Shown here piece after piece: positions 17,849 to 28,270 of a stretch of DNA of 64,000 nt. The first letter of the stretch is position 1; every line of letters starts with the position of its first letter. Source of the DNA: Prevotella sp. CAG:924 (GTDB lineage Bacteria > Bacteroidota > Bacteroidia > Bacteroidales > Bacteroidaceae); assembly GCA_000431975.1 (NCBI GenBank), contig HF988582.1:1946-65945 (forward strand), given 5' to 3'. The position numbers and the translations under genes were made by a program. The notes under the pieces were generated by a model. It ran no database searches. It had not been told where the DNA came from and saw nothing but the letters and a program-made list of their open reading frames with translations.

Positions 17849-19186
17849 ATGACAAAGAAGCTTTTTATAGAGACATACGGTTGTCAGATGAATGTGGCAG
17901 ACAGCGAGGTGGTCGCCTCCATCATGCAGATGGCCGGTTATGAAGTCTGTGAGAAAGAGGAAGAGGCTGATGCCATCTTTCTTAATACCTGCTCTATTCG
18001 CGATAACGCCGAGAGCAAGATCTATCATCGTCTTGATACGCTCTATGCTGAGGAGCGCAAGGGGCGTCGTCTCATCCTCGGCGTGCTGGGCTGCATGGCT
18101 GAGCGCGTGAAAGACGATCTGATGACCAACCATCATGCCAATCTAGTCTGTGGTCCTGACGCTTATCTTAACTTGCCCGATATGATCGCACAGTGTGAGA
18201 ACGGGCATAATGCCATCAACATTGAGCTGTCGACGACGGAGACTTACCGTAATGTGATGCCTGAGCGTATTGGTGGTAATCGTGTGAGTGGCTTTGTCAG
18301 TATCATGCGTGGCTGCAACAATTTCTGTCACTATTGCATCGTGCCTTACACCCGTGGTCGAGAGCGCTCACGCGATGTCGATAGCATTCTTGCTGAGGTG
18401 CGCGACTTGCATGACAAGGGATTCAAGGAGGTGACACTGCTGGGACAGAATGTCAACTCCTATGGTCTGCCCACTCCTGGCAGCAAGGAACAAAAGGGCC
18501 GTGTGGAGTCGTTTGCAGAACTGCTTCGTGAGGTGGCGCGTGCCGTGCCTGACATGCGGGTACGTTTCACTACCTCCAACCCTGAGGATATGAGCGAGGA
18601 CATTCTCCATGCGATAGCTGAGGAACCTAACCTCTGTAAGCATATCCACTTCCCCGTGCAGAGCGGAAGTGACAAGATACTGAAGCTGATGAACCGTAAA
18701 TATACGCGTGAGGACTATCTGAAGAAGGTGGAGGCCATCCGACGGATCATACCCGGTTGCGGACTGACCACCGATGTCTTCGTAGGCTATCACGACGAGA
18801 CGGAGGAGGATTTTGAGGAGACCCTGTCACTGATGCGTGAGGTGGGCTTCGACTCAGCCTTCATGTTCAAGTATTCGGAGCGGCCTGGTACGTATGCGGC
18901 CCGTCATCTGCCCGATAATGTCAGTGAGGAGACGAAGATCAGCCGTCTCAATGAGCTGATCCATTTGCAGACGGAGATTTCCGCACAGCGCAATAAGGAA
19001 GATGAGGGTAAGGAGTTTGACATCTTGCTTGAACGCACGTCGAAGCGTGACCGCAACCAACTTATGGGGCGTACGGAACAGAACAAGGCGGTGGTCATCG
19101 ACCGTGGCGGACATCATATCGGCGAGACGGTACATGTGCGCATCACGGGCTCTACATCAGCAACGTTATTTGGTGAGGTTATCTGA
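17849..19186 (+). CDS. miaB: tRNA-2-methylthio-N6-dimethylallyladenosine synthase (radical SAM methylthiotransferase)
   Basis: 445 aa with the N-terminal MTTase Cys triad (YGCQMN...), a radical SAM CxxxCxxC motif (CNNFCHYC) and a TRAM domain. Confidence 0.9.
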   Translation: MTKKLFIETYGCQMNVADSEVVASIMQMAGYEVCEKEEEADAIFLNTCSIRDNAESKIYHRLDTLYAEERKGRRLILGVLGCMAERVKDDLMTNHHANLVCGPDAYLNLPDMIAQCENGHNAINIELSTTETYRNVMPERIGGNRVSGFVSIMRGCNNFCHYCIVPYTRGRERSRDVDSILAEVRDLHDKGFKEVTLLGQNVNSYGLPTPGSKEQKGRVESFAELLREVARAVPDMRVRFTTSNPEDMSEDILHAIAEEPNLCKHIHFPVQSGSDKILKLMNRKYTREDYLKKVEAIRRIIPGCGLTTDVFVGYHDETEEDFEETLSLMREVGFDSAFMFKYSERPGTYAARHLPDNVSEETKISRLNELIHLQTEISAQRNKEDEGKEFDILLERTSKRDRNQLMGRTEQNKAVVIDRGGHHIGETVHVRITGSTSATLFGEVI

Positions 19187-19188
19187 TT

Positions 19189-21009
19189 ATGAAAGAGTTC
19201 CTGCAAGTCCTGAGGCGGTTCGTGCCGCCTTATAAGAAGTACCTTGTACTGTCGGTGATCTTCAACATCCTCAGTGCGGTGTTGAACATCTTCTCCTTTG
19301 CCACGCTCATCCCTCTCTTACAGATCCTGTTCAAGACAGAGGGGGCTGGGACAGCTACGCGGCTGATGCCCTGGGCGATGAACAAGGAGGTGATCTCCAA
19401 CAACGCTGATTATCTTGTGCAGCAGGTCATCAATGAATATGGCTCTACCACTACCCTGCTTTTTATCGGTATGGCCCTTGTGGTGATGACTGCACTGAAG
19501 ACAGCGTGCTATTTCGCCTCGTCGGCTACGATCATTCCGATTCGCACTGGTGTGGTACGTGACATTCGAAACCAGCTCTATCGCAAGATTACCTCTCTTG
19601 ATCTGGGCTTCTTCTCTGAGGAGCGCAAGGGTGACATCATTGCCCGAATGAGCGGTGACGTGCAGGAGATAGAAAATTCGATCATGGCGAGCATTGACAT
19701 GCTCTTCAAGAACCCGATCCTGATCGTTTCCTATTTCGTAGCCATGCTTGTCATCTCTTGGCAGCTGACCTTGTTCACTATTGTCTTTGTGCCAGTCTTT
19801 GGCTGGTTTATGGGACTTGTAGGACGTAAGCTCAAACAGAAAAGTATCAAGGCACAGGCCTTGTGGAGCGACACGATGAGTCAGGTAGAAGAGACGCTTG
19901 GTGGCCTGCGCATCATCAAGGCTTTCTGTGCGGAAGAGAAGATGAATAAGCGTTTCGACCGGGTGAACTCTGACTACCGGCAGAATATCATGCATGTGAA
20001 CATCCGTCAGCAGGCCGGCCATCCTATGAGTGAGTTTCTAGGTACGGTGATGATCGTAATCGTACTTTGGTTTGGAGGTATTCTGGTGCTTAATCAGGAG
20101 GTGCTCTCCGGTCCTACGTTCATTTATTATATGGTGATTCTCTATAGCATCATCAATCCGTTGAAGGACTTCTCCAAGGCAGGATATAGTGTACCTAAGG
20201 GTCTGGCCTCGATGGAACGTGTTGACAAGATCCTAAAGGCGGAGATTATGATCCAGGAGCCTGAACATCCCGTGCACATCCAGGATTTTGAACATCAGAT
20301 AGAGTTTCGCCATGTGTCGTTCCGTTATGGTGAGCAGTGGGTACTGAAAGACATCAATCTCGTCATTCCTAAGGGAAAGACGGTGGCACTCGTAGGACAG
20401 AGTGGTAGTGGCAAGTCAACGCTTGTCGACCTTATCCCCCGCTATTATGACGTGCAGGAAGGCGAGGTACTCGTCGATGGTGTGAACGTGCGCGATCTTG
20501 GCATTCATGATCTGCGTGAGTTGATCGGCAATGTCAATCAGGAAGCCATCCTCTTTAATGACTCGTTCTACAACAACATCACCTTTGGTGTCAGCCATGC
20601 CACGAAAGAGGAGGTGATCCGCGCGGCTAAGATTGCGAATGCCTACGACTTCATCATGGAGACGGAAAAGGGCTTCGATACGAATATCGGTGATCGTGGT
20701 GGGCGGCTCTCCGGCGGTCAGCGTCAGCGTGTGAGCATTGCTCGTGCCGTACTGAAGAATCCGCCGATCCTGATCCTTGATGAGGCTACGTCGGCTCTTG
20801 ATACGGAGAGTGAGCATCTTGTGCAGGATGCCCTCGAGCGGCTGATGAAGACACGTACCACCGTGGCCATTGCTCATCGCCTCTCCACGATCCGGAATGC
20901 CGATGAGATCTGTGTGCTGCATGAGGGACAGATCGTGGAGCGCGGTACGCATGATGAGCTGCTTGCCCTTGACGGATATTATAAGCGGTTGCACGATATG
21001 CAGAGCTAA
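19189..21009 (+). CDS. ABC transporter, fused permease and ATPase (MsbA-like lipid exporter)
   Basis: 606 aa with six N-terminal transmembrane segments, Walker A GQSGSGKST, the ABC signature LSGGQRQR and Walker B ILILDE. It is translationally coupled to miaB with a 2-nt gap. Confidence 0.85.
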   Translation: MKEFLQVLRRFVPPYKKYLVLSVIFNILSAVLNIFSFATLIPLLQILFKTEGAGTATRLMPWAMNKEVISNNADYLVQQVINEYGSTTTLLFIGMALVVMTALKTACYFASSATIIPIRTGVVRDIRNQLYRKITSLDLGFFSEERKGDIIARMSGDVQEIENSIMASIDMLFKNPILIVSYFVAMLVISWQLTLFTIVFVPVFGWFMGLVGRKLKQKSIKAQALWSDTMSQVEETLGGLRIIKAFCAEEKMNKRFDRVNSDYRQNIMHVNIRQQAGHPMSEFLGTVMIVIVLWFGGILVLNQEVLSGPTFIYYMVILYSIINPLKDFSKAGYSVPKGLASMERVDKILKAEIMIQEPEHPVHIQDFEHQIEFRHVSFRYGEQWVLKDINLVIPKGKTVALVGQSGSGKSTLVDLIPRYYDVQEGEVLVDGVNVRDLGIHDLRELIGNVNQEAILFNDSFYNNITFGVSHATKEEVIRAAKIANAYDFIMETEKGFDTNIGDRGGRLSGGQRQRVSIARAVLKNPPILILDEATSALDTESEHLVQDALERLMKTRTTVAIAHRLSTIRNADEICVLHEGQIVERGTHDELLALDGYYKRLHDMQS

Positions 21010-21242
21010 CGTGAAACGGTGGTCGTCCGTATGGATAGCTGCCGGAGGACCCTGCTTCTGGTTACGGAAGCCTATGACGAAAGCTGAATAAGCATCGCCT
21101 TACGGATAAGTATGCGTAGAAACGTCATAGCCGCAGGCAGACGGCTGTCCGAGAATGCAGATACTCTGTGTTACTGCTGATATAAATAGGCCGTGTAGCC
21201 AAATGGACTACAACCATTGTCTTTTTGTAAATCAATCTGGAT

Positions 21243-22187
21243 ATGTCACGAATAGTTTACGCCATTTTTTATCTTATCTCCCTCCTACCCTTTCGGTTGC
21301 TTTATGTCCTTTCGGACATAGGCTATTTCTTCGTGCATGATGTGGCGCGTTATCGCCGTAAGATCGTGCGCCGAAATCTGGAGACATCGTTTCCAGAACG
21401 GACAGAGAAGGAGATCAAGAAGATTGAACGGAGATTCTATCATTGGTTCTGTGATTATTTCTTAGAGGCTGTCAAACTACTGAGTATCAGTGATAAGGAA
21501 CTGTATCGTCGCTTTCAGGTGAACAATGTTGAAGAGGTGGAGCAATGCTTTCAGGAAGGACAGGATGTCGGTGGTATTCTTGGCCATTATTGCAATTGGG
21601 AATGGCTATCGACCATAGGAGCATTTCTTCCCCGAAACCGTATGGTAGGATTGGTCTATGATCCTCTTCATTCCAAGTCTTTTGATGATCTTTTCCATCA
21701 TCTGCGCTCCTCACAGCCTAATGGATTGCCAGTGCCAAAGAAAGACATCCTTCGTGCTCTCGTGACACTTCGGGGAAAGGGTCAGCGTTCTATCTTCGGA
21801 TATATTGCTGATCAGGCACCCCGATGGACGAACATCCATCTGTGGTTGCCATTCCTCAATCATCAGACTCCTGTGTTTACAGGTGCTGAACGCATCATGC
21901 GCAAGATGAATAATGTCGTATTCTATGTGAAGATGGAGCGTCCTCGTCGTGGATACTATACCTGTACTTTCCAGCTCATCACACGCGATTCCGGCAGCTT
22001 GCCGGAATATGAGATCACCCGTCGCTTCTTCTCCCTCTTAGAGCAGGACATCCAGAGGCATCCGGAATATTATCTTTGGACCCATAATCACTGGAAACGC
22101 ACTAAGGAAGAGTTTGACCGGCGGTTTGAGCTGGTCAACGGAAAGGTGATGGAGAAATCCAAAGTGCGAAAATCGGAGAATGTATGA
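21243..22187 (+). CDS. lipid A biosynthesis acyltransferase (LpxL/HtrB family)
   Basis: 314 aa with an N-terminal membrane anchor and the lysophospholipid acyltransferase fold (HYCNWE... equivalent of the HX4D region). Confidence 0.7.
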   Translation: MSRIVYAIFYLISLLPFRLLYVLSDIGYFFVHDVARYRRKIVRRNLETSFPERTEKEIKKIERRFYHWFCDYFLEAVKLLSISDKELYRRFQVNNVEEVEQCFQEGQDVGGILGHYCNWEWLSTIGAFLPRNRMVGLVYDPLHSKSFDDLFHHLRSSQPNGLPVPKKDILRALVTLRGKGQRSIFGYIADQAPRWTNIHLWLPFLNHQTPVFTGAERIMRKMNNVVFYVKMERPRRGYYTCTFQLITRDSGSLPEYEITRRFFSLLEQDIQRHPEYYLWTHNHWKRTKEEFDRRFELVNGKVMEKSKVRKSENV

Positions 22188-22354
22188 TAGAGCCTTTCTC
22201 CCCTATCCTCTCTTATCAGGCGAATGCTGGTTTAATATTTATTAAGATAGACGGACGGAATCGTCGTGGCTTTTTATATTACCTTTGCTTTTAATATATG
22301 CGTGGAATAACGTATGTCTTGCAGGGACTGATAGTTAATAAAAAATACAGAATA

Positions 22355-23719
22355 ATGAGAAAACTATTCTTTGCTTCACTGCTCTTGTTGCTGCCACTTA
22401 CAATGAGTGCACAGCAGAGCCGTCAGGAGATCGACGCCAATCCGCTGTTGGCCGCCAACACCTATCTGGCCTATCCGGGTCCGCAGAAACAGCTTACACC
22501 GGCTCCGAAGGGTTATGAGCCTTATTATCTGAGCCACTATGGCCGTCATGGCTCACGCTATATGATAGGTAAAGGTGCCTATACGAAGCCTTATCTCATG
22601 CTGGCGAAGGCCGATTCGCTGGGTAAGCTCACGGATAAGGGCAAGGAGATGCTCGCATTGCTTAAGGACATGGCAGCGCAGGCCGACGGACGCGATGGCG
22701 AACTGACACAGCTCGGTGCACTGCAACATAGGCAGATCGCACAGCGCATGTATGACCGTTTCCCTGAAATCTTCAAGGGAAAGACCAACATTGATGCCCG
22801 TTCGACAGTGGTCATCCGTTGTATTCTCTCCATGGAGAATGGTTTGCAACAGCTCCTTCGGAATAATACAGAACTGAATATCCGTCATGACGCCTCCTAT
22901 CATGATATGTATTTCATGAATCTGGACGACCGTCATTTGGACTCTCTGAAGCGTTCTCCCGAGGCCAAGGCTGCATTGGAGACATTCAATAAGAAGCATG
23001 AGAACTATCAGCATTTGATGGGTGTACTCTTCAATGATGAGAACTATTGGAAGACACAGGTCAATGGACAGCGTCTGTGCGATCTACTCTTCAATGCCAT
23101 CATCGATGTGCAGGATTTGGTCAAAGGTGATGCTTTCGATCGTCCTTTAGTCAATAAGATGCAGGAAAGGCAGTGCGACTCACGCCATCTCTACGATATC
23201 TTCACCAAAGATGAGATCTACGACCAGTGGCTTCGTAACAATGCCTATTGGTATGTGGCTTATGGTACCTCTCCCTTGAGTGGCGGCGTACAGCCTTGGA
23301 GCCAACGCAATCTGCTCCGTCGTATCATTGCCGATGCAGACAGCTGTCTTAGACTCGATCATCCCGGTGCAACGCTGCGTTATGGTCACGATACGATGGT
23401 GTGTCCCCTCACTTGTCTGCTCAACCTCAATGGTTATGGGGAGACAATCAATGATCTGGAGCAGTTGGACGACAAGGGCTGGACACTGTGGAAGTTTGTT
23501 CCTATGGCTGCCAACATACAGTTTGTGTTCTATCGTCCGGTGAAGACTGTCAACGGCAAGACTGTGGCTGATCCGTCGGGCAAGCATCCTATTCTGGTGA
23601 AGATCCTTTCCAATGAAGATGAGGCGACACTGCCTATCGCTACCTCCCAGTGGCCTTACTATAAATGGAGCGATGTGCGGGCCTATTGTCTGCAGCGGTT
23701 GGCTGAGTATCAAGAGTAG
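22355..23719 (+). CDS. histidine acid phosphatase, branch 2 (MINPP/phytase-like), secreted
   Basis: It carries the RHGSRY catalytic signature and a signal peptide starting at MRKLFFASLLLLLP. The ORF-track start at 22298 is probably 19 codons too far upstream. Confidence 0.75.
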   Translation: MRKLFFASLLLLLPLTMSAQQSRQEIDANPLLAANTYLAYPGPQKQLTPAPKGYEPYYLSHYGRHGSRYMIGKGAYTKPYLMLAKADSLGKLTDKGKEMLALLKDMAAQADGRDGELTQLGALQHRQIAQRMYDRFPEIFKGKTNIDARSTVVIRCILSMENGLQQLLRNNTELNIRHDASYHDMYFMNLDDRHLDSLKRSPEAKAALETFNKKHENYQHLMGVLFNDENYWKTQVNGQRLCDLLFNAIIDVQDLVKGDAFDRPLVNKMQERQCDSRHLYDIFTKDEIYDQWLRNNAYWYVAYGTSPLSGGVQPWSQRNLLRRIIADADSCLRLDHPGATLRYGHDTMVCPLTCLLNLNGYGETINDLEQLDDKGWTLWKFVPMAANIQFVFYRPVKTVNGKTVADPSGKHPILVKILSNEDEATLPIATSQWPYYKWSDVRAYCLQRLAEYQE

Positions 23720-23746
23720 GCTGTTTGTTTAAAATATTTGATATGC

Positions 23747-23790
23747 TACCGGCTGCAGATGAACATTTCTTCTGTAGCCGGTATTGTTTT
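23747..23790 (+). terminator. rho-independent terminator
   Basis: A perfect 12-bp stem (ACCGGCTGCAGA...TCTGTAGCCGGT) is followed by ATTGTTTT. Confidence 0.6.
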
Positions 23791-23941
23791 ATAATTTCTA
23801 TATTCTTCTTCTGTCAAACAGTTGGTACGATATGATGGAGATAGTTGTTGACAGGCCTCTTGAAGCCTGTATCAAAGAATGGGCTATAGTAGAGCCTCTA
23901 AGCGTGTAAAAGTAGTGAAAAGCTAAAAAACAGCTTGAATA

Positions 23942-23973
23942 TTTGCAACTTACGGATTTTTAGAGTACTTTTG
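23942..23973 (+). promoter_or_regulatory. Promoter: -33 TTTG at 23942-23945 and -7 TACTTTTG at 23966-23973
   Basis: The spacing is 20 nt. It would give a leader of about 90 nt before the 24067 CDS. Confidence 0.45.
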
Positions 23974-24066
23974 CAGCCGGTAAAGTTTTCTAAGAAAAGG
24001 TTGTATTTGTTTTCCTACAGGTAATCGAATTACTGAAAAAGTGAGAAAACAATAAAATATTTTCCG

Positions 24067-25239
24067 TTGAGACGAATGAAGAAATTAAGGTTGATTTTAG
24101 GCCTTGGTATAACAGTGGCTACGTTCTCGTCCTGTATTAAAGACGAGCCCCTCAATGCAGAGGCTGACATTGAACAAGTGTCTGTGCATGTCGATAATCC
24201 GCTGGAAACATTTTTCCAGCTGTCCGACACTATGCAGAATGTATCCTATGCGGATTCTACTATTACCTTTACGGTACGTTCACAGGCCGATCTGACGAGT
24301 CTGGCTCCTACGTTCCGGATAACGGAGGGGGCAACGATCATTCCTGCCAGTGGCACCGTGCGTGATTTCTCGCAGGGGCCTCTGACCTATACGGTCACCT
24401 CTCAGGACGGACAGTGGAGTCGTCTGTACACATTGCGTTTCAATCCGACGTATGTGACAGTGAAAGATACCGTGGCTTATGATTTCGAGCACTATATGCT
24501 TGAACCTGAGAATCAAGCCTATTATGTATGGCAAGAGGAGCAGGCCGATGGTAGTCTCAGCACTGTATGGGCCTCGGGTAATGCCGGTTTCAGACTGAGT
24601 AAGGCTTCGGCCCAACCGGGTGAATATCCAACCTATGTCGTCGAGAAAGGAAGGCATGGCTACGCTGTGGCATGTACGACACGTTCAACAGGGACTTTTG
24701 GCGAATTGGTCAATCGCCGTATCGCTTCCGGCAATCTTTTCCTTGGAAAGTTTGATGTCTCACAGGCTCTTGTGAATACCCTTCATGCGACGCGGTTCGG
24801 AATTCCTTTTGATAAGAAGCCTATGGCCTTCCAAGGATATTATAAGTATCACCGTGGTTCTGTTTACCAGGATGTAGATGGCTCTACTATGCCTGATCAG
24901 AAAGACTATGCGGCCATCTATGCCGTGCTTTACAGAAACCACGATGACGAGGGTAATCCTGTTGTGCTCTATGGTGACAATGTGAAGACATCACCTCAGT
25001 TGGTTGCTATTGCCGACATGGGTGATATTGATGATACTGGGGATGACGAATGGCATGAGTTCAAGGCCAATTTCATCTATTACAATAACAAGGATCTCGA
25101 TCAAGAGACGCTTGAGAATCGTGGGTATAGCCTTGCCATCGTTTTCTCGTCTTCTAAAGACGGAGACAATTTCAAGGGTGCCATTGGCTCTACCCTTATT
25201 CTGGACGATGTCCGGATTGTTTGCACTTCACAGGAATAA
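24067..25239 (+). CDS. surface lipoprotein with a putative carbohydrate-metabolism domain (PCMD)
   Basis: 390 aa with signal peptide and lipobox (FSSC). Its C-terminal two thirds are clearly paralogous to the middle of the 26085..27584 protein: FG.PF, GYYKY, AIVFSSS.DG..F.GA.GS.L.DD. Confidence 0.55.
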   Translation: MRRMKKLRLILGLGITVATFSSCIKDEPLNAEADIEQVSVHVDNPLETFFQLSDTMQNVSYADSTITFTVRSQADLTSLAPTFRITEGATIIPASGTVRDFSQGPLTYTVTSQDGQWSRLYTLRFNPTYVTVKDTVAYDFEHYMLEPENQAYYVWQEEQADGSLSTVWASGNAGFRLSKASAQPGEYPTYVVEKGRHGYAVACTTRSTGTFGELVNRRIASGNLFLGKFDVSQALVNTLHATRFGIPFDKKPMAFQGYYKYHRGSVYQDVDGSTMPDQKDYAAIYAVLYRNHDDEGNPVVLYGDNVKTSPQLVAIADMGDIDDTGDDEWHEFKANFIYYNNKDLDQETLENRGYSLAIVFSSSKDGDNFKGAIGSTLILDDVRIVCTSQE

Positions 25240-25241
25240 GT

Positions 25242-25997
25242 ATGAAAAAGATCATTCTATCTGTTATTGCTGCCGTTATTACCTTGAATGCTTCCGCCCA
25301 GGGCTTTCTTCACAATGTGGGTGTGACAGCCAAGATAGGCTTGAATGTAGGCGGAACGGCACCCTTGGGTCTGCCGGCTGAGATTCGCCACATCAACAGT
25401 TATAAGTTGCAGTCGAATCCCGTGATCGGCTTGGATTTTGAAAAACCAGTCAGTGAGGATCGGCGTTGGGGCGTGATCGTAGGACTGCATTATGAGAATA
25501 AGGGTATGGAAGAGGATGCGCGTGTGAAGAACTATCATATTGCCATTGTCCGGGGAGGCGAGAGCTTGGAAGGACAGTACACGGGTAATGAGCGCACGGA
25601 GGTGAACGAATGGATGCTCACGGTGCCCGTCCTCGCCACATGGCATGTGAGTGATAAGGTGCGTCTGCGTGTGGGACCCTATGTCTCTTTCCTGGTAAAG
25701 AAGGAATTCGAGGGAGAGGCTCATGAAGGCTACCTGCGTGTGGGTGATCCCACGGGACAGCGCGTGGAGCTGGGTAACGATGCTACTTCATGGGGTTCGT
25801 ACGATTTCTCGGAAGATATGCGCAATGTGCAGTATGGTATCTCCGTCGGCGCTGACTGGTGGGCCTTTCACCGCATCGGCTTTTTTGGAGAAGTGAATTG
25901 GGGCATCAATGAGATCTTCCGCAACAACTTCAATACCATCAGCATGGATCTTTATCCTATCTTCGGTTCCATTGGGGTGTGCTACCGCATCCGATAG
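25242..25997 (+). CDS. outer-membrane beta-barrel protein (PorT/OmpA-like family)
   Basis: About 251 aa with a signal peptide (MKKIILSVIAAVITLNASAQ), alternating beta-strand pattern and a C-terminal aromatic-rich strand. The ORF-track start at 25221 is a TTG; the ATG at 25242 is preferred. Confidence 0.6.
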   Translation: MKKIILSVIAAVITLNASAQGFLHNVGVTAKIGLNVGGTAPLGLPAEIRHINSYKLQSNPVIGLDFEKPVSEDRRWGVIVGLHYENKGMEEDARVKNYHIAIVRGGESLEGQYTGNERTEVNEWMLTVPVLATWHVSDKVRLRVGPYVSFLVKKEFEGEAHEGYLRVGDPTGQRVELGNDATSWGSYDFSEDMRNVQYGISVGADWWAFHRIGFFGEVNWGINEIFRNNFNTISMDLYPIFGSIGVCYRIR

Positions 25998-26084
25998 GTA
26001 TAGAACAACTTGTCCGTCATCCGGTTGGAATTGTCGGATGAGGATCGTTCAGTAGGAATATAGTTTAATAAGTTTAAGTTATAT

Positions 26085-27584
26085 ATGAAGAAGTTTTTTA
26101 CACTTTTAATGGCAGCCATGAGCTGTATGGCTGCATCGGCTAAGGATTATACCGATCAGCTGACTGTGAATTTCGGAGGGGCTACAACCTCTACCAATAC
26201 GATCTCATTGGACCGCAATGAGGACGGAACACTGAATCTTGTGCTTCACGACTTTAGTTTTGACGAAATGTCTATAGGAGACGTCAAGGTAGATAATATC
26301 AGTGAGAGACAGACAGCTTCCGGCCGTAGCGTGTTCTATAAGAAAGGTACGGTTACGGTATCTCTTTATGGTTCGCCCATAGACCTTCCTTTGGAGGTGG
26401 CAGGCTATGATCTGGGCGATCGTCTGTATGCCAAGATCTTTATCAATTTGTTTGGTCAAGTTATCGATTGTACGTTCGGACAAGGTTTTCAATTTCTGAA
26501 TGGAGGCTTTGAGAATTATGAGGTAGGCGAGAACGCTGAAGTTAAATATCCTTTCTCTGTAGAGCCTTACAACTGGCATGGCTTCGAGAGTGCAGATGGT
26601 GATTTTGCTTCGATGGTGAATATGTTGGGTAAGCACACTTTCATTAGTGAGGAACATGCACCCAGCAGTACTGGTAAGTACAGTGTTATGCTGACATCTC
26701 TTGATATGGGGTTCACGGTAGCCAATGGAACGCTGACGACCGGTCGTCTGCATGCAGGTGCTATGTCGGCTGATGATTCTAAAAACAACGCTTACCTGGA
26801 TATGTCGAAGGAGGATGTTGACAACTACGAGGCTCCTTTCTATCAGTATATGGATGGTACGCCCGACTCACTCGCTGTGTGGGTGAAGTTTATTCAGGGC
26901 ACTCCTCAAGAGGCTCATCCTTATGCTACTATCAGTACAGTAATTACAGACGGTACATACTATCAGGAGCCGTGCGATACGGTATATTCTAATATCCTCG
27001 GCGTTGCCCGCAATAGTAAGATCACTACCAACAATGGTGAGTGGCAGCGTCTGGTGATTCCTTTCGACTATGACAGCTATAAGCAGAATGGGGTAGAGGG
27101 CAAGGCTATCTTCGCTACGATCTCTACGAATGCTGATCCCGGTTGTGGCAGCGCTGACAGCCTTTATGTGGATGATATCCAGCTGATCTATAACAATGAG
27201 GTGAAGAGCATCAGCTTTAAGGGCAATACTCAGGAGATCACCGATCAGAGCAATGTGGCTGTTACGTTCGCAGGTAGTGATGAGCAGGTATCGTTCGACG
27301 ATATTACGGTTACTACCACTCCTAACTCATTTGCCTTCCCTGTATCAGAGAGCGAGGAAGATGGTAATGTAGTGTACACTTATGCTGTTCTTTCCAATGA
27401 TCTGAGCAATATCATTCCTGTGAGAGTGGCCATTTCTAACGCGACCGGCATTCATGGCGTTACTTCATCGGAGAATAAGACTCAGACCATCTATAACATC
27501 AATGGCCAACGCGTACAGACGATGCAGCCCGGACAGGTATATATCGTTAAGGACGCAAACGGCACGCATAAGGTGATCAAGTAA
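26085..27584 (+). CDS. T9SS-secreted surface protein (calycin-like N-domain, PCMD domain, C-terminal sorting domain)
   Basis: 499 aa with a signal peptide. The C-terminus IYNINGQRVQTMQPGQVYIVKDANGTHKVIK matches T9SS type-A C-terminal-domain motifs. The middle is paralogous to the 24067 protein. Confidence 0.7.
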   Translation: MKKFFTLLMAAMSCMAASAKDYTDQLTVNFGGATTSTNTISLDRNEDGTLNLVLHDFSFDEMSIGDVKVDNISERQTASGRSVFYKKGTVTVSLYGSPIDLPLEVAGYDLGDRLYAKIFINLFGQVIDCTFGQGFQFLNGGFENYEVGENAEVKYPFSVEPYNWHGFESADGDFASMVNMLGKHTFISEEHAPSSTGKYSVMLTSLDMGFTVANGTLTTGRLHAGAMSADDSKNNAYLDMSKEDVDNYEAPFYQYMDGTPDSLAVWVKFIQGTPQEAHPYATISTVITDGTYYQEPCDTVYSNILGVARNSKITTNNGEWQRLVIPFDYDSYKQNGVEGKAIFATISTNADPGCGSADSLYVDDIQLIYNNEVKSISFKGNTQEITDQSNVAVTFAGSDEQVSFDDITVTTTPNSFAFPVSESEEDGNVVYTYAVLSNDLSNIIPVRVAISNATGIHGVTSSENKTQTIYNINGQRVQTMQPGQVYIVKDANGTHKVIK

Positions 27585-27622
27585 GCAACGTGAATTAGAC
27601 AAACATAAGTTTCAAATCAGGA

Positions 27623-27676
27623 AAACCGCGTATCGATGACAATTTGTTCATTGATATGCGGTTTTTCGTTTTTCTT
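27623..27676 (+). terminator. rho-independent terminator
   Basis: AAACCGCGTATCGATGA...TCATTGATATGCGGTTT stem followed by a TTCGTTTTT run. Confidence 0.55.
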
Positions 27677-28270
27677 CTCGACAACGGCCACGATTTCTTT
27701 GGATTAGCATGATCAGGCAGATACGAAATCATGACGTGTAAAGAAATGTGTCTTCATTTTTTATCCCTCAGTCTTTTACCGACAGCTGTTGGAAAGTTGT
27801 TGGTCTCTGCCGTCATACGATTATGACAGCAGAAGGGCATAAGATAGGAATATGGCTCCAATATGTCCTTAACAAGTAGTATTATGCTACTTGGTCAAGT
27901 TACCATATACTACTCAAAACAGCCATAAATCGGCTAAAATACAGGGATGGACATGAATCTCAGAGCTAGGGATGCCCATAGTGCCACAAAACACAGATTT
28001 TGTAGATGTTGACCGATCTTGATCGGGAAAAGTAGGAAATGTGAGATTCGAATTCTTATGCTTGTATCAATATCTTTCATCGCTTATCCTGTGGTCATTG
28101 CCAGGGGGCTGATGTCTTCGAGCGGGTAGAGGGCTACGGATAAGCGAAGGTTCGTGCTGGTCAATAATGTGCCAAGACAGAGAAATCCCGGATGATGGGC
28201 GGTCTGTCTCATCATTCGGGATTTCTCCGTCTCAGGTATGAGTGTGTCCGTGCGTTGCAGGAGGTTGCCG

